NCBI GenBank assembly: GCA_964586355.1
Contig: CAZPGO010000007.1
Location: forward strand, 1-14,674
Source: an uncultured archaeon
GTDB lineage: Archaea > Iainarchaeota > Iainarchaeia > Iainarchaeales > CSSED10-239
Reading direction: 5' to 3'
DNA length: 14,674 nucleotides
This document shows positions 6,421 to 14,147 of the stretch, piece after piece (the stretch's first letter is position 1; every line of letters begins with the position of its first letter). The translations under genes and the position numbers were made by a program. The notes under the pieces are model-generated. The model was not told where the DNA came from and did not search any database. It saw only the letters and a list, made by a program, of their open reading frames with translations.

Positions 6421-7341
6421 ATGAACAAAATAGAGATTATTGAAAGAAAAGGGATTGGTCATCCAGATACAATTGCAGATAATTTGTCTGAAGAATTATC
6501 CAAAAAATTATTAAAAGAATATAGATCTATTTATAGATCACCAAAACACTATAATGTTGATAAAGTTATGGTGTGTGCGGGAGAGTTAGAAAAAGCTGTT
6601 TTTAAGAAATCAGTTAAAATTGTTTTTGCTGGTCAATATACAAAAATTAATGAAATTAATGAAATATTAGATCGCGTTGTTAAAAAAATATTGGCATTTG
6701 AGATAAAAAATGGATTAAAATATAAAGTCTATAATTTTTTAAATCAAGGAAGTTTAGATCTGAAAGACATATTTTTAAATAAAAAATCTAATGATACAAG
6801 TTTTGCTGTTGGAACCGTTGAAACAAAAAATGAAAAATTAGTAAAAAAATTAGGTTTTTATATAGATTCTCTTCACAAAAATTTTAAAAAAATAGGAACT
6901 GATAATAAGATCATGTTTATTGATGATGGCGAATCTAAACAGATCTATATAGCTCTTGCTTTTTTAAATAAATTTAAAAGTGCTAAAGAATATTTTGATT
7001 ATAAGATAGATCTTGAGAGTAAATTAAGAAAAAAGTTTAAAATTAATGATCTTTTTATTAATGTCGGGGATACAGAAGAGATACAATTTATAACAAAAAC
7101 AGGTACCTCTTTAGAGATGGGTGATAGTGGTGCAACTGGTAGAGGGAACAGAAGAAATGGATTAATAACTCCTTGTAGACCAATGACTTTAGAGGCATAT
7201 TGTGGAAAAAATGATGTTACTCATATAGGTAAGATATATCAGGATTTGTCTTTAGAAATTGCAAAAAAGAGAGATAAAAATATTTTGTTATTAAACAAGA
7301 TTGGCGAAGATATAAATAATCCAATGATCTTTGAAATTTAA
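6421..7341 (+). CDS. mat: Archaeal-type S-adenosylmethionine synthetase (methionine adenosyltransferase), compact 306-aa form
   Basis: [19 protein letters not shown] matches the archaeal MAT N-terminal signature (ERKGxGHPDxxxD). [47 protein letters not shown] matches the conserved TGTSAE.GDDG..GRGNR.NGLITP.RPMS.EA..GKNPV.HVGKIY block as I recall it from Methanocaldococcus MAT. Confidence 0.9.
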   Translation: MNKIEIIERKGIGHPDTIADNLSEELSKKLLKEYRSIYRSPKHYNVDKVMVCAGELEKAVFKKSVKIVFAGQYTKINEINEILDRVVKKILAFEIKNGLKYKVYNFLNQGSLDLKDIFLNKKSNDTSFAVGTVETKNEKLVKKLGFYIDSLHKNFKKIGTDNKIMFIDDGESKQIYIALAFLNKFKSAKEYFDYKIDLESKLRKKFKINDLFINVGDTEEIQFITKTGTSLEMGDSGATGRGNRRNGLITPCRPMTLEAYCGKNDVTHIGKIYQDLSLEIAKKRDKNILLLNKIGEDINNPMIFEI

Positions 7342-7351
7342 ATATTTTTTT

Positions 7352-7500
7352 AAAGGTTGTGTAATTTTCTTATTTTGAGTTTCTCTTTTCTGAATTTATT
7401 TCTTAAAAACTTTTTTTGTTTTTATAAAAAAACACTAGTTTTCTTTTTCAGATTTCTTATAAGTATAGCTCTCATGCTAAGTTTGTCTTACACAACCTTT
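7352..7500. repeat. 149-bp element bounded by a perfect 13-bp inverted repeat (MITE-like element or long hairpin)
   Basis: AAAGGTTGTGTAA (7352-7364) and TTACACAACCTTT (7488-7500) are exact reverse complements. The interior is T-rich and non-coding. I see no clear target-site duplication. Confidence 0.5.
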
Positions 7501-7834
7501 GGTTGTTATTTTCTGATCACATGTTTTCTCACATTTTTCTATAGTTGTTTTTTATTTAAAAAGAAATGATTTTTGAGGTGGGTTAAATGCTCCGATTTAT
7601 TTCTTTAAAATTAAAAAACATAAATATTGTGTCTTAGAAACAGGGGGTGTTTTTGTAACAGGGGTCTTGTCCAGTGGTTTTTTCTAAGATTTTTCTAAAA
7701 AGAGGCTTACAAATCTTATAAATCATTTAATTTTAAACAATTTTTTTTTTAAAAGAGAGAGTAATAAACATTTATAAACACTTTTATGTTTTATATTGTT
7801 GTATGTTAACTACTTAAAAAAGATGTGATGTAAA

Positions 7835-8470
7835 ATGGTATTATATAAATATTGTCCAAGATGTTGTTCATTGGATGTAATTAAAGAAAACAATTCAGAA
7901 AATTATAGGTGTAGATCTTGTAATTATGTAGGTCAAGTTAATAGTGATAGTATTGATCAAATTAATGCTTTGAGGGTTAAAGTAAAAGGTGGTATAAATT
8001 ATAGTAATTATACCCCAGCAACATCAATGCAAAAAAATACTCCACAACCAACCCCGAAACCAATCTCATCAACACAACCTGGTGTTGAGGGTAGGGATTA
8101 TGAAATTATTAGAAAAAAGGAACCGGTTTTAGAAACTGAAAATCTAGATGTGGCAGATAATAAAACCTCTGAAAATTTAGAAAACTCTTCCAACTCTAAA
8201 GAAAGTACTTCTGAAATATCTAAATTAGAAACTACAGAAGTTACTGAGGAAAGATCTGCTTTTGAACAAAAAGTTGTGTCTGAAAAGAGAACTTTACCAG
8301 AAGAGAACCTAGCCTCAGTTCCTGTAGAGCCAAAAAAAGAAATAAAAGATAATCCATTTAAATCAGATGATAGTGCCTTGCCACCTCATGGTCTAAGACC
8401 AAAAGAAACAAAGTCTTTAAAAGAAAGATTAAGAGAGAAAGGTGCTGGAAAAGATTGGGACCTATTATAA
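7835..8470 (+). CDS. Zinc-ribbon protein with a long disordered acidic, Ser/Thr/Pro-rich tail, 211 aa
   Basis: The N-terminal CPRC-x14-CRSC gives four Cys in a zinc-ribbon arrangement. The remaining 170 aa or so are low in hydrophobic residues and rich in E/S/T/P/K. An SD-like gtgatg lies just upstream of the ATG. Confidence 0.65.
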   Translation: MVLYKYCPRCCSLDVIKENNSENYRCRSCNYVGQVNSDSIDQINALRVKVKGGINYSNYTPATSMQKNTPQPTPKPISSTQPGVEGRDYEIIRKKEPVLETENLDVADNKTSENLENSSNSKESTSEISKLETTEVTEERSAFEQKVVSEKRTLPEENLASVPVEPKKEIKDNPFKSDDSALPPHGLRPKETKSLKERLREKGAGKDWDLL

Positions 8471-8705
8471 AAATATTTTAACAACTGGTGTTTTTTTAGT
8501 CTAAATTATTCAAACAGTTGTGCCTATTTATTTTTTTATTTAGTGTGGTTTTTTTATTATTTTTAGATATAATTATAGAGAGCTTTTTAGTAGAAAACAA
8601 AAAGATTTCTGATACTATTTCTTTTGAAAGTAAAAGACCAGTAGTAATTAGTGATCTAAAAGTATTTATATTGTTAAAGTTAGAAACCTAGTAAACAAAT
8701 AATTT

Positions 8706-9560
8706 TTATATTTTTTCCCAGGTCTTTTTTAAAAATAAGCTGTCGTTAACAATGTCTGGGCTTTCACAAATAATAGTTCCCTTAACATCATTTTCTTTAA
8801 GTTTCTCTAAAATTTTTTTATAAGGTAGATCTGCATCTTTAAACAAAAGATGTTTTCTTTCTCCTTTTTTACCATACTCTATTCCTGACATGTGAATATG
8901 CATTCTATTTAAAATGTCTGGATAACTTTTTAGTTTGTCAAAAACTTTTGTGATCTCTTTAGGATCTTTAAACAAACCATTTTCTCTTGCATGAAGGTGT
9001 GCAAAGTCTATTACAGGTAAGAATCTTTTTTTGTCTAAATGATCATATAAATATAACACTTCCTCTAAAGATCCAATCTGTGTTTTCTTGCCAACAGTCT
9101 CAGCACCAAAAACTGTTTTACTGTTTGTTTTTTCAAAAATATTTTCTATTTCTTTTTGGACATTTTCTAAAGCTATTTTTGGCTCTGTTTTTAAAAAGTA
9201 GCCAACATGTACCACGACTACATTTGCGTTAATTTTTTGTCCAATATTTAGTGAATCTAGTATGTATCTATGACTATTAATTACTTTCTGTTCTTCATTG
9301 CTATTAAGATTAATAAAGTAAGGTGCATGTATACTAAGAGCAATATTTTTGTTAATAGCGTTTTCTTTAATTTCTTTGATTTTTTCTTGACTTGATCTTT
9401 TAAGATAGACTTGTCTTACAAATTCTATTTCTAACGCAGAAAGAGAAATATTAGAGAGTTCTAAGATAGCATCAGCTGTAGGATTTTTAGAGTTTTGAGG
9501 AATACTAAGATCTGATCCCCCAAACCCTGCAGTCCCGAAATGAAGTTTATTAAATTTCAT
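8706..9560 (-). CDS. nfo: Endonuclease IV-like AP endonuclease (xylose isomerase-like TIM barrel), 284 aa
   Basis: The motif order matches Nfo metal ligands: SIHAPYFINLNS, VVVHVGY, AETVGKK, VIDFAHLHA, HIHMSGIEYG..ERKH and IICESP. Confidence 0.75.
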   Translation of the reverse strand: MKFNKLHFGTAGFGGSDLSIPQNSKNPTADAILELSNISLSALEIEFVRQVYLKRSSQEKIKEIKENAINKNIALSIHAPYFINLNSNEEQKVINSHRYILDSLNIGQKINANVVVVHVGYFLKTEPKIALENVQKEIENIFEKTNSKTVFGAETVGKKTQIGSLEEVLYLYDHLDKKRFLPVIDFAHLHARENGLFKDPKEITKVFDKLKSYPDILNRMHIHMSGIEYGKKGERKHLLFKDADLPYKKILEKLKENDVKGTIICESPDIVNDSLFLKKTWEKI

Positions 9561-9755
9561 TTATTCTTCTTTTTCTATCCTTATGCAGGATACTGGACAA
9601 ATATCTGCTGCTTTTTGGTTACAACCAATTTCATCTACTTCTGTTTTCTTTGGTTTTGCTTTTGCATCTCCTAGTTCCCAGTTTTCTGGACAGACAGAAA
9701 CACATGCCCCACATCCTATACAACTATCTAAGTCTTGTTTTATTTTATATTTCAT
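9561..9755 (-). CDS. Small single-cluster [4Fe-4S] ferredoxin, 64 aa
   Basis: CIGCGACVSVCP plus a distal C..CPVSCI resembles the Pyrococcus/Thermotoga-type monocluster ferredoxin layout. Its stop codon (9561-9563) abuts the nfo-like start codon (9558-9560). Confidence 0.85.
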   Translation of the reverse strand: MKYKIKQDLDSCIGCGACVSVCPENWELGDAKAKPKKTEVDEIGCNQKAADICPVSCIRIEKEE

Positions 9756-9860
9756 ATTTTTTCCTTTTTATTTTAAGTTAAGTATATTATTTCTAAACAA
9801 ACAACTATTTAAATATTTCTTATATCTATTTTTGTATATAAATATATTTTGTGTAAAAAT

Positions 9861-12098
9861 ATGGCTGATAAAAATAACCCTTTTAGAAAACCTGTGGAAA
9901 ATCCAGGAGAGATCTACAAAGCTATATCTGTAGATACCAGAGATTTTGGTGTTTCTGAAAAGCTTACTAGAAAAAAGGAAGATTGGTTTGTTAGATTTTG
10001 TAAAAAGATTTATGAGAAGTTTCCTAATTTAGGTGGATCTAATGCAAAATATTCTGATAATTATGCAAAGGCTATAAATTTTCTTGATTGGGATCTAAGA
10101 CCTGAAGAGTATAATGCTGCTGTAAAGTTTAGTTTATTTTTATGTGTTTTAATTGTCGGTATTTTAGTTACCCTTGGTTTTCTGTTTTTACTAAAACCTC
10201 TTAGTAAAATGTTTGGCACTACTATTTTTGCTATGGTTATGGTTTTTGGTATTCCTTTAATAATTGGAATCTATAGTTTTGTTGTTATAAAAAATTACCC
10301 TTTATCCAAAGTTGCTGATGAAAAAGTAAAGGCACTAACTTTTGTTCCTGAAACTTTAGGTTATATGATAATGTCTATGAAGCTAGTACCAAACCTAGAA
10401 AAAGCAATTGAGTTTGCTGCAGATCATGGTCATGGAAAGATTGCTGATGATCTTAAAAAGCTTCTTTGGGAAGTTAAGGTTGGTATTAAAAACAGTGTTG
10501 CTGAGGCCTTAGATGATCTTGCTTATAGATGGGGAGATGTATCTAATGAGCTAAAAAAAGGTCTTATGAAGATTCGTGCTTCTGTAATTGAGACTTCTGA
10601 GAGTAAAAGATTTCAGTTGCTTGATCAAACTATGTCTGATACTTTAGCTTCTATTAAAAATACTCTTGAGGATTATGCAAGAGGTTTAAATCAACCTGCA
10701 ATGATTATGTTTTATTTAGGTGTGTTGTTGCCTTTATTATTAATTATTGTTTTGCCTGTTGGTTCTGCTTTTTCTGGATCTGCTCTTGCTAAACCGATTT
10801 ATCTAATATTAATTTATAACATTGGTTTACCTATTGGTTGTTTATTATTTGCAAGATATGTAATAAAAAACAGACCAAAGACATATGATCCGCCAAACAT
10901 TCCTGATAATCATCCAAAGTTACCTCCTAAAAATTCTGCTAGAATTGGTAAGTTAAATATTAATATTTTTATTCTCTTAATAATTATTTTAGTTTCAGGA
11001 GTTTTTGCAAGTATTTATCTTCAAACTAATTTTGGAAAAACTAGAGAAAGTGTTTTAGAGTATAATGATTATGATGTAGTTAATCCTGGTTTTCATTGTG
11101 ATGCAGATGAGTTAAGAACCTTAGAAAGTAATCCTAAATACATGTGTAGATCTGAAGTTGAATTTTGGCAACAGCCTGAAAATGATATTACTCCTTATTA
11201 TATTATTTATGGTCTTTTGTTGACTTTTTCTGCTATTCTTTCTTTTTGGTTATATTTTACTAATGTTTATAAAAGAAAAATACAGTTAGAATCTGAAAGA
11301 ATGGAGGGCGAGTTTAAGGATGCTTTGTATGTTATTGCTAGTAGATTAGGTGAAAATAAACCTATTGAAGATGCATTAGAACACACAAGAAAATTTCTTC
11401 CAAAGTCTTTAATTGCAAAAGATGTTTTTGGAAAGGCTATTGATAATATTAGAATAATGGGTCTAACCTTACAATCTTCTTTATTTGATAAAAACTATGG
11501 TGCTCTAAAAAATAACCCTTCAAGAATAATAAACAGTGCTATGCAGTTAATGGTTGATTCTGTGCAATTAGGGGTTTCTGTTGCTGCAAAGACTTTGATG
11601 TCTTATTCTTTGCAATTAAGAAATACTGATGAGGTTAATAAGATGCTTAGTAATTTGGTGTCTGATACAGTTAACACTCTTTCAAGTATGTCAAAGTTTA
11701 TTGCTCCTATTGTTCTTGGTATTACTACTGCTTTACAAAAGATTGTTATCTCAACTTTAACCTCAATCTCAAATAGTGGAACCCTTTCAGACATCTCACA
11801 AATGGCTGAGTCTATTAAGACTGGTGTTAGTGGTGCTGGTATGGGCTCTATAAATACTGGTAACTTAACAAGCTTTGGAGATATTAGTCCTGAGATAATT
11901 AGTCAGATTGCAAGTCCTACTGTGTTTATGATTATTGTTGCCATATATGTTATACAGATTGTTATTATTATGACTTATTTTACTACAAAAATTGAACAAG
12001 ATAATAACACTTTAGTAAAGTTAAGAATAGCAAAGACTTTACCAATTGCTGTGGTTTTATTTATTATTACTACAATTTTAGCAAATTTGATTTTTTAA
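9861..12098 (+). CDS. FlaJ/TadC/PilC-like type IV pilus platform membrane protein, 745 aa from ATG 9861
   Basis: There are two copies of a helical cytoplasmic module of about 120-135 aa (roughly aa 150-285 and 476-615), each followed by TM helices. The total is about 9 TM segments, which is the GspF/T2SSF-domain architecture. The track start at 9849 is TTG, and I prefer the ATG at 9861 (MADKNNPF..). TATA-like TATATAAATA lies at 9835-9844. Pilin-like genes follow directly. Confidence 0.7.
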   Translation: MADKNNPFRKPVENPGEIYKAISVDTRDFGVSEKLTRKKEDWFVRFCKKIYEKFPNLGGSNAKYSDNYAKAINFLDWDLRPEEYNAAVKFSLFLCVLIVGILVTLGFLFLLKPLSKMFGTTIFAMVMVFGIPLIIGIYSFVVIKNYPLSKVADEKVKALTFVPETLGYMIMSMKLVPNLEKAIEFAADHGHGKIADDLKKLLWEVKVGIKNSVAEALDDLAYRWGDVSNELKKGLMKIRASVIETSESKRFQLLDQTMSDTLASIKNTLEDYARGLNQPAMIMFYLGVLLPLLLIIVLPVGSAFSGSALAKPIYLILIYNIGLPIGCLLFARYVIKNRPKTYDPPNIPDNHPKLPPKNSARIGKLNINIFILLIIILVSGVFASIYLQTNFGKTRESVLEYNDYDVVNPGFHCDADELRTLESNPKYMCRSEVEFWQQPENDITPYYIIYGLLLTFSAILSFWLYFTNVYKRKIQLESERMEGEFKDALYVIASRLGENKPIEDALEHTRKFLPKSLIAKDVFGKAIDNIRIMGLTLQSSLFDKNYGALKNNPSRIINSAMQLMVDSVQLGVSVAAKTLMSYSLQLRNTDEVNKMLSNLVSDTVNTLSSMSKFIAPIVLGITTALQKIVISTLTSISNSGTLSDISQMAESIKTGVSGAGMGSINTGNLTSFGDISPEIISQIASPTVFMIIVAIYVIQIVIIMTYFTTKIEQDNNTLVKLRIAKTLPIAVVLFIITTILANLIF

Positions 12099-12111
12099 AT
12101 TTAGATAAATT

Positions 12112-12651
12112 ATGATTTTTAAAAAACTAAACCAAAAAGGAGATAGTGAAGCATTTGAATCTTTTAGGATGTTGATTGCTTTTGTTTTGGCTGCTGCTAT
12201 TTTGGTTATTATTATTAATATGGTTAATAATGTTAATGAAAAATCAGTACAGATAAGCACACAAAAATTATCAGAAGGTGTGATCTCTGGTGTAAAAAGT
12301 GTCGGAACAAGTGCAAGAATTCCTTTTGTGATATCTGATCTTTTACTTAGGGGTACTATTGATAGAAGATCTATTCAAAACATTTCTGGTATGAATAAAG
12401 AATGTGTTTTTTTTATTGCTGGGGCTGGTGTGGATAAGAGTGATAATGGAGAGTATATTTCTATAAAGGGTACAAAAAAGATGGATGTTTATGTTTATTG
12501 TAATCAAACATCTTCTGGCATAGTTGTGGTAACTAATAATTATCCAGAAGTATCTGAGGATCTTTCTACAGATACTTGTCCAACTTTTTGTGTGTTTTTT
12601 TTTAATGAGAGACCAAATGCAGCTCTTTATGGTTCTGAGGAGTTAGATTAA
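12112..12651 (+). CDS. Pilin-like protein with a class III (prepilin-type) signal peptide, 179 aa
   Basis: MIFKKLNQKG|DSEAFESFRMLIAFVLAAAILVIIINMV has a short basic n-region, a Gly and then about 20 hydrophobic residues. The globular part has 4 Cys. The gene starts 13 nt after the platform gene stop. Confidence 0.6.
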   Translation: MIFKKLNQKGDSEAFESFRMLIAFVLAAAILVIIINMVNNVNEKSVQISTQKLSEGVISGVKSVGTSARIPFVISDLLLRGTIDRRSIQNISGMNKECVFFIAGAGVDKSDNGEYISIKGTKKMDVYVYCNQTSSGIVVVTNNYPEVSEDLSTDTCPTFCVFFFNERPNAALYGSEELD

Positions 12652-12669
12652 AAAAATGTGATTATTAAT

Positions 12670-13164
12670 ATGAGAAATAATATTTTATCAAATATTTTTT
12701 TTATAATATTAGCTATCTTAATTTTAGGTGTTGGTTTTTTGTTAGGTACTTTCATTTTAACTTTTATATTTGTTGTTTTTGTTTTCATGAGTTTTCTTTT
12801 TGTAATTATGTGGTTGTTTAATAATTTTGTTTCTTTGTTTAAAACTAACAGATCTAAGCTATTTTTTAAAGCTTTTTTTTCAATTGTTGTAACTTATGGT
12901 TTTATTTCTTTATTTTGGTTTTTAACTTTTAATTATTTATTAGTTCTTAAAAGTTATGCGGTTTTAATAATTTTATGGGTATTTACTACTATTGTTTTTG
13001 GAACTTTATGGTATTTATTACACATAAAAAAGCAACAATCAAAACCAGTTTATCTTTGGGAGTTAGAAAAGGGGTATCTATTAACTTTTTGGGATCTGTT
13101 AGTTATGTTATTAATTCCATCTCTTATTGTTTTTGTATTTAATAGTATTTATTTGATTATTTAG
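12670..13164 (+). CDS. Phe-rich polytopic membrane protein of unknown function, 164 aa from ATG 12670
   Basis: There are about 5 hydrophobic helices and one short polar loop (HIKKQQSKPVYLWELEKG). The track start at 12658 is GTG, and the first ATG is at 12670. I recognise no motifs. Confidence 0.6.
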   Translation: MRNNILSNIFFIILAILILGVGFLLGTFILTFIFVVFVFMSFLFVIMWLFNNFVSLFKTNRSKLFFKAFFSIVVTYGFISLFWFLTFNYLLVLKSYAVLIILWVFTTIVFGTLWYLLHIKKQQSKPVYLWELEKGYLLTFWDLLVMLLIPSLIVFVFNSIYLII

Positions 13165-13307
13165 TTTTTATAAAAAACATTTTCTGTTTACTTTTTTTAA
13201 ATAATTTTTTTATATTTCTAAAAAGATTACCTTTAAATATATTATGGTAAAATATTTTGTTGTAGATAATATTAGTTATTTCTATAATATATAAAAAGGT
13301 GAAAATA

Positions 13308-13850
13308 ATGATAGATTTTGAACATCTTATGAAAAAATTAAAACTTAATAAAAAAGGTCAAGCGTTTTCAACATTTCAGTTATTGATTGCTGCTGTTGTT
13401 GCTTTGGCTTTACTAGGTGTATTACTTCCAATAATTATGAAGAATGTAGATATTGGAGATAATCCTGAAGAATTAACACAAAGATTAATTAAAACTCAAG
13501 TAGATTCTATAGGTTCTTTAAAATATACAAAAGAAGCTACTTTTAAAAATGGAGATTCTATTTCTGGAGCAACTTTAGCTAATTCAGCAAATTTGGACAG
13601 ATCTGAAGTTTGTGTTTTAAATCCAGAGGGTAGTACATTTGAAGGTAGTATTGGTAGGGTTATTACATATAATAGTAGTTCTTCATTAAAATATAAGATG
13701 GGTGTTTTATGTGATTATTCTGATGAATTAGAGGAATCTGTTGAATATTTTGTTGCAGAAATGCCCGGAAATTCTGATGAATGTTATAGTTTATTAAATC
13801 TAGAAGATGGGAATAAAAAGGTGTGTATAGTTTTTCCAAAGAGAGCATAG
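13308..13850 (+). CDS. Pilin-like protein with a class III signal peptide (KKGQ|AFSTFQLLIAAVVALALLG), about 173-183 aa
   Basis: It has the KGQ motif followed by a hydrophobic helix, and 4 Cys in the globular part. The start is ambiguous among GTG 13299, ATG 13308 and ATG 13329. ATG 13308 sits about 7 nt after the SD-like aaggtga. ATG 13329 would give the short MKKLKLNKKGQ leader typical of class III signals. AT-rich TATA-like boxes lie upstream at 13232-13290. Confidence 0.65.
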   Translation: MIDFEHLMKKLKLNKKGQAFSTFQLLIAAVVALALLGVLLPIIMKNVDIGDNPEELTQRLIKTQVDSIGSLKYTKEATFKNGDSISGATLANSANLDRSEVCVLNPEGSTFEGSIGRVITYNSSSSLKYKMGVLCDYSDELEESVEYFVAEMPGNSDECYSLLNLEDGNKKVCIVFPKRA

Positions 13851-13879
13851 TTTAAATATAAAGAGGAGTTGAGAGCTGT

Positions 13880-14077
13880 ATGAATATTATAAAAAAGATT
13901 ATTAAAGATCAAAGAGCACAAACAGATTCAGCATCTACTCTCTATATGCTTGTTATTGTTGCTATTGTTGCTATTGTCTTAATTGCAGTAATAAAACCAA
14001 TGTTTAGTAGATCTATGAAAACTCAAACAAATTTAGCTAATCTACCTGCAACTCAAGTAAATAATCAGGTTTCTTAG
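13880..14077 (+). CDS. Mini pilin-like or Flp-like protein, 65 aa
   Basis: MNIIKKIIKDQRAQ|TDSASTLYMLVIVAIVAIVLIAVIKP has a basic n-region, then RAQ in place of KGQ, then a hydrophobic helix of about 22 aa and a short polar tail. A strong SD-like gaggag lies 9-14 nt upstream of the ATG. An oligo-T tract follows the stop. Confidence 0.45.
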   Translation: MNIIKKIIKDQRAQTDSASTLYMLVIVAIVAIVLIAVIKPMFSRSMKTQTNLANLPATQVNNQVS

Positions 14078-14080
14078 ATC

Positions 14081-14092
14081 TTTTCTTTTTTT
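14081..14092 (+). terminator. Oligo-T tract directly after the 65-aa gene
   Basis: TTTTCTTTTTTT begins 4 nt after the TAG stop, which fits archaeal oligo-T termination. Confidence 0.4.
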
Positions 14093-14147
14093 ATTAAAAA
14101 CAATTCTTTTTAAAAGTCTTTTTCTTATCTATTTTATAAGAAAAACT

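Noticed and set aside
7357-7569. 70-aa ORF (F/L/C-rich) downstream of the MAT gene
   Set aside because: It is extreme low-complexity T-rich sequence with no RBS, and it spans the inverted-repeat element. It is most likely non-coding.
9849-9860. The TTG start at 9849 for the platform gene, and likewise the GTG start at 12658 for the membrane ORF
   Set aside because: An in-frame ATG follows within 4 codons in both cases (9861 and 12670). The non-ATG starts are simply the track's longest-ORF choice. This remains uncertain.
8987-9933. Plus-strand ORFs 8987..9232 and 9583..9933
   Set aside because: They are antisense to the Nfo-like and ferredoxin genes. The second also runs through the promoter region into the platform gene in another frame.
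11603-12260. Minus-strand ORFs 11603..11794 and 12078..12260
   Set aside because: They are antisense to the platform and first pilin-like genes and have no independent support.
12670-13164. The polytopic membrane ORF as the missing prepilin peptidase (FlaK/PibD/EppA-like)
   Set aside because: It has only one Asp in the whole protein and no GxGD-like motif. It is too short and lacks the two catalytic aspartates.
13663-13848. Minus-strand ORF 13663..13848
   Set aside because: It is antisense within the 183-aa pilin-like gene, and its N/Q/H/Y-rich composition marks it as a shadow frame.
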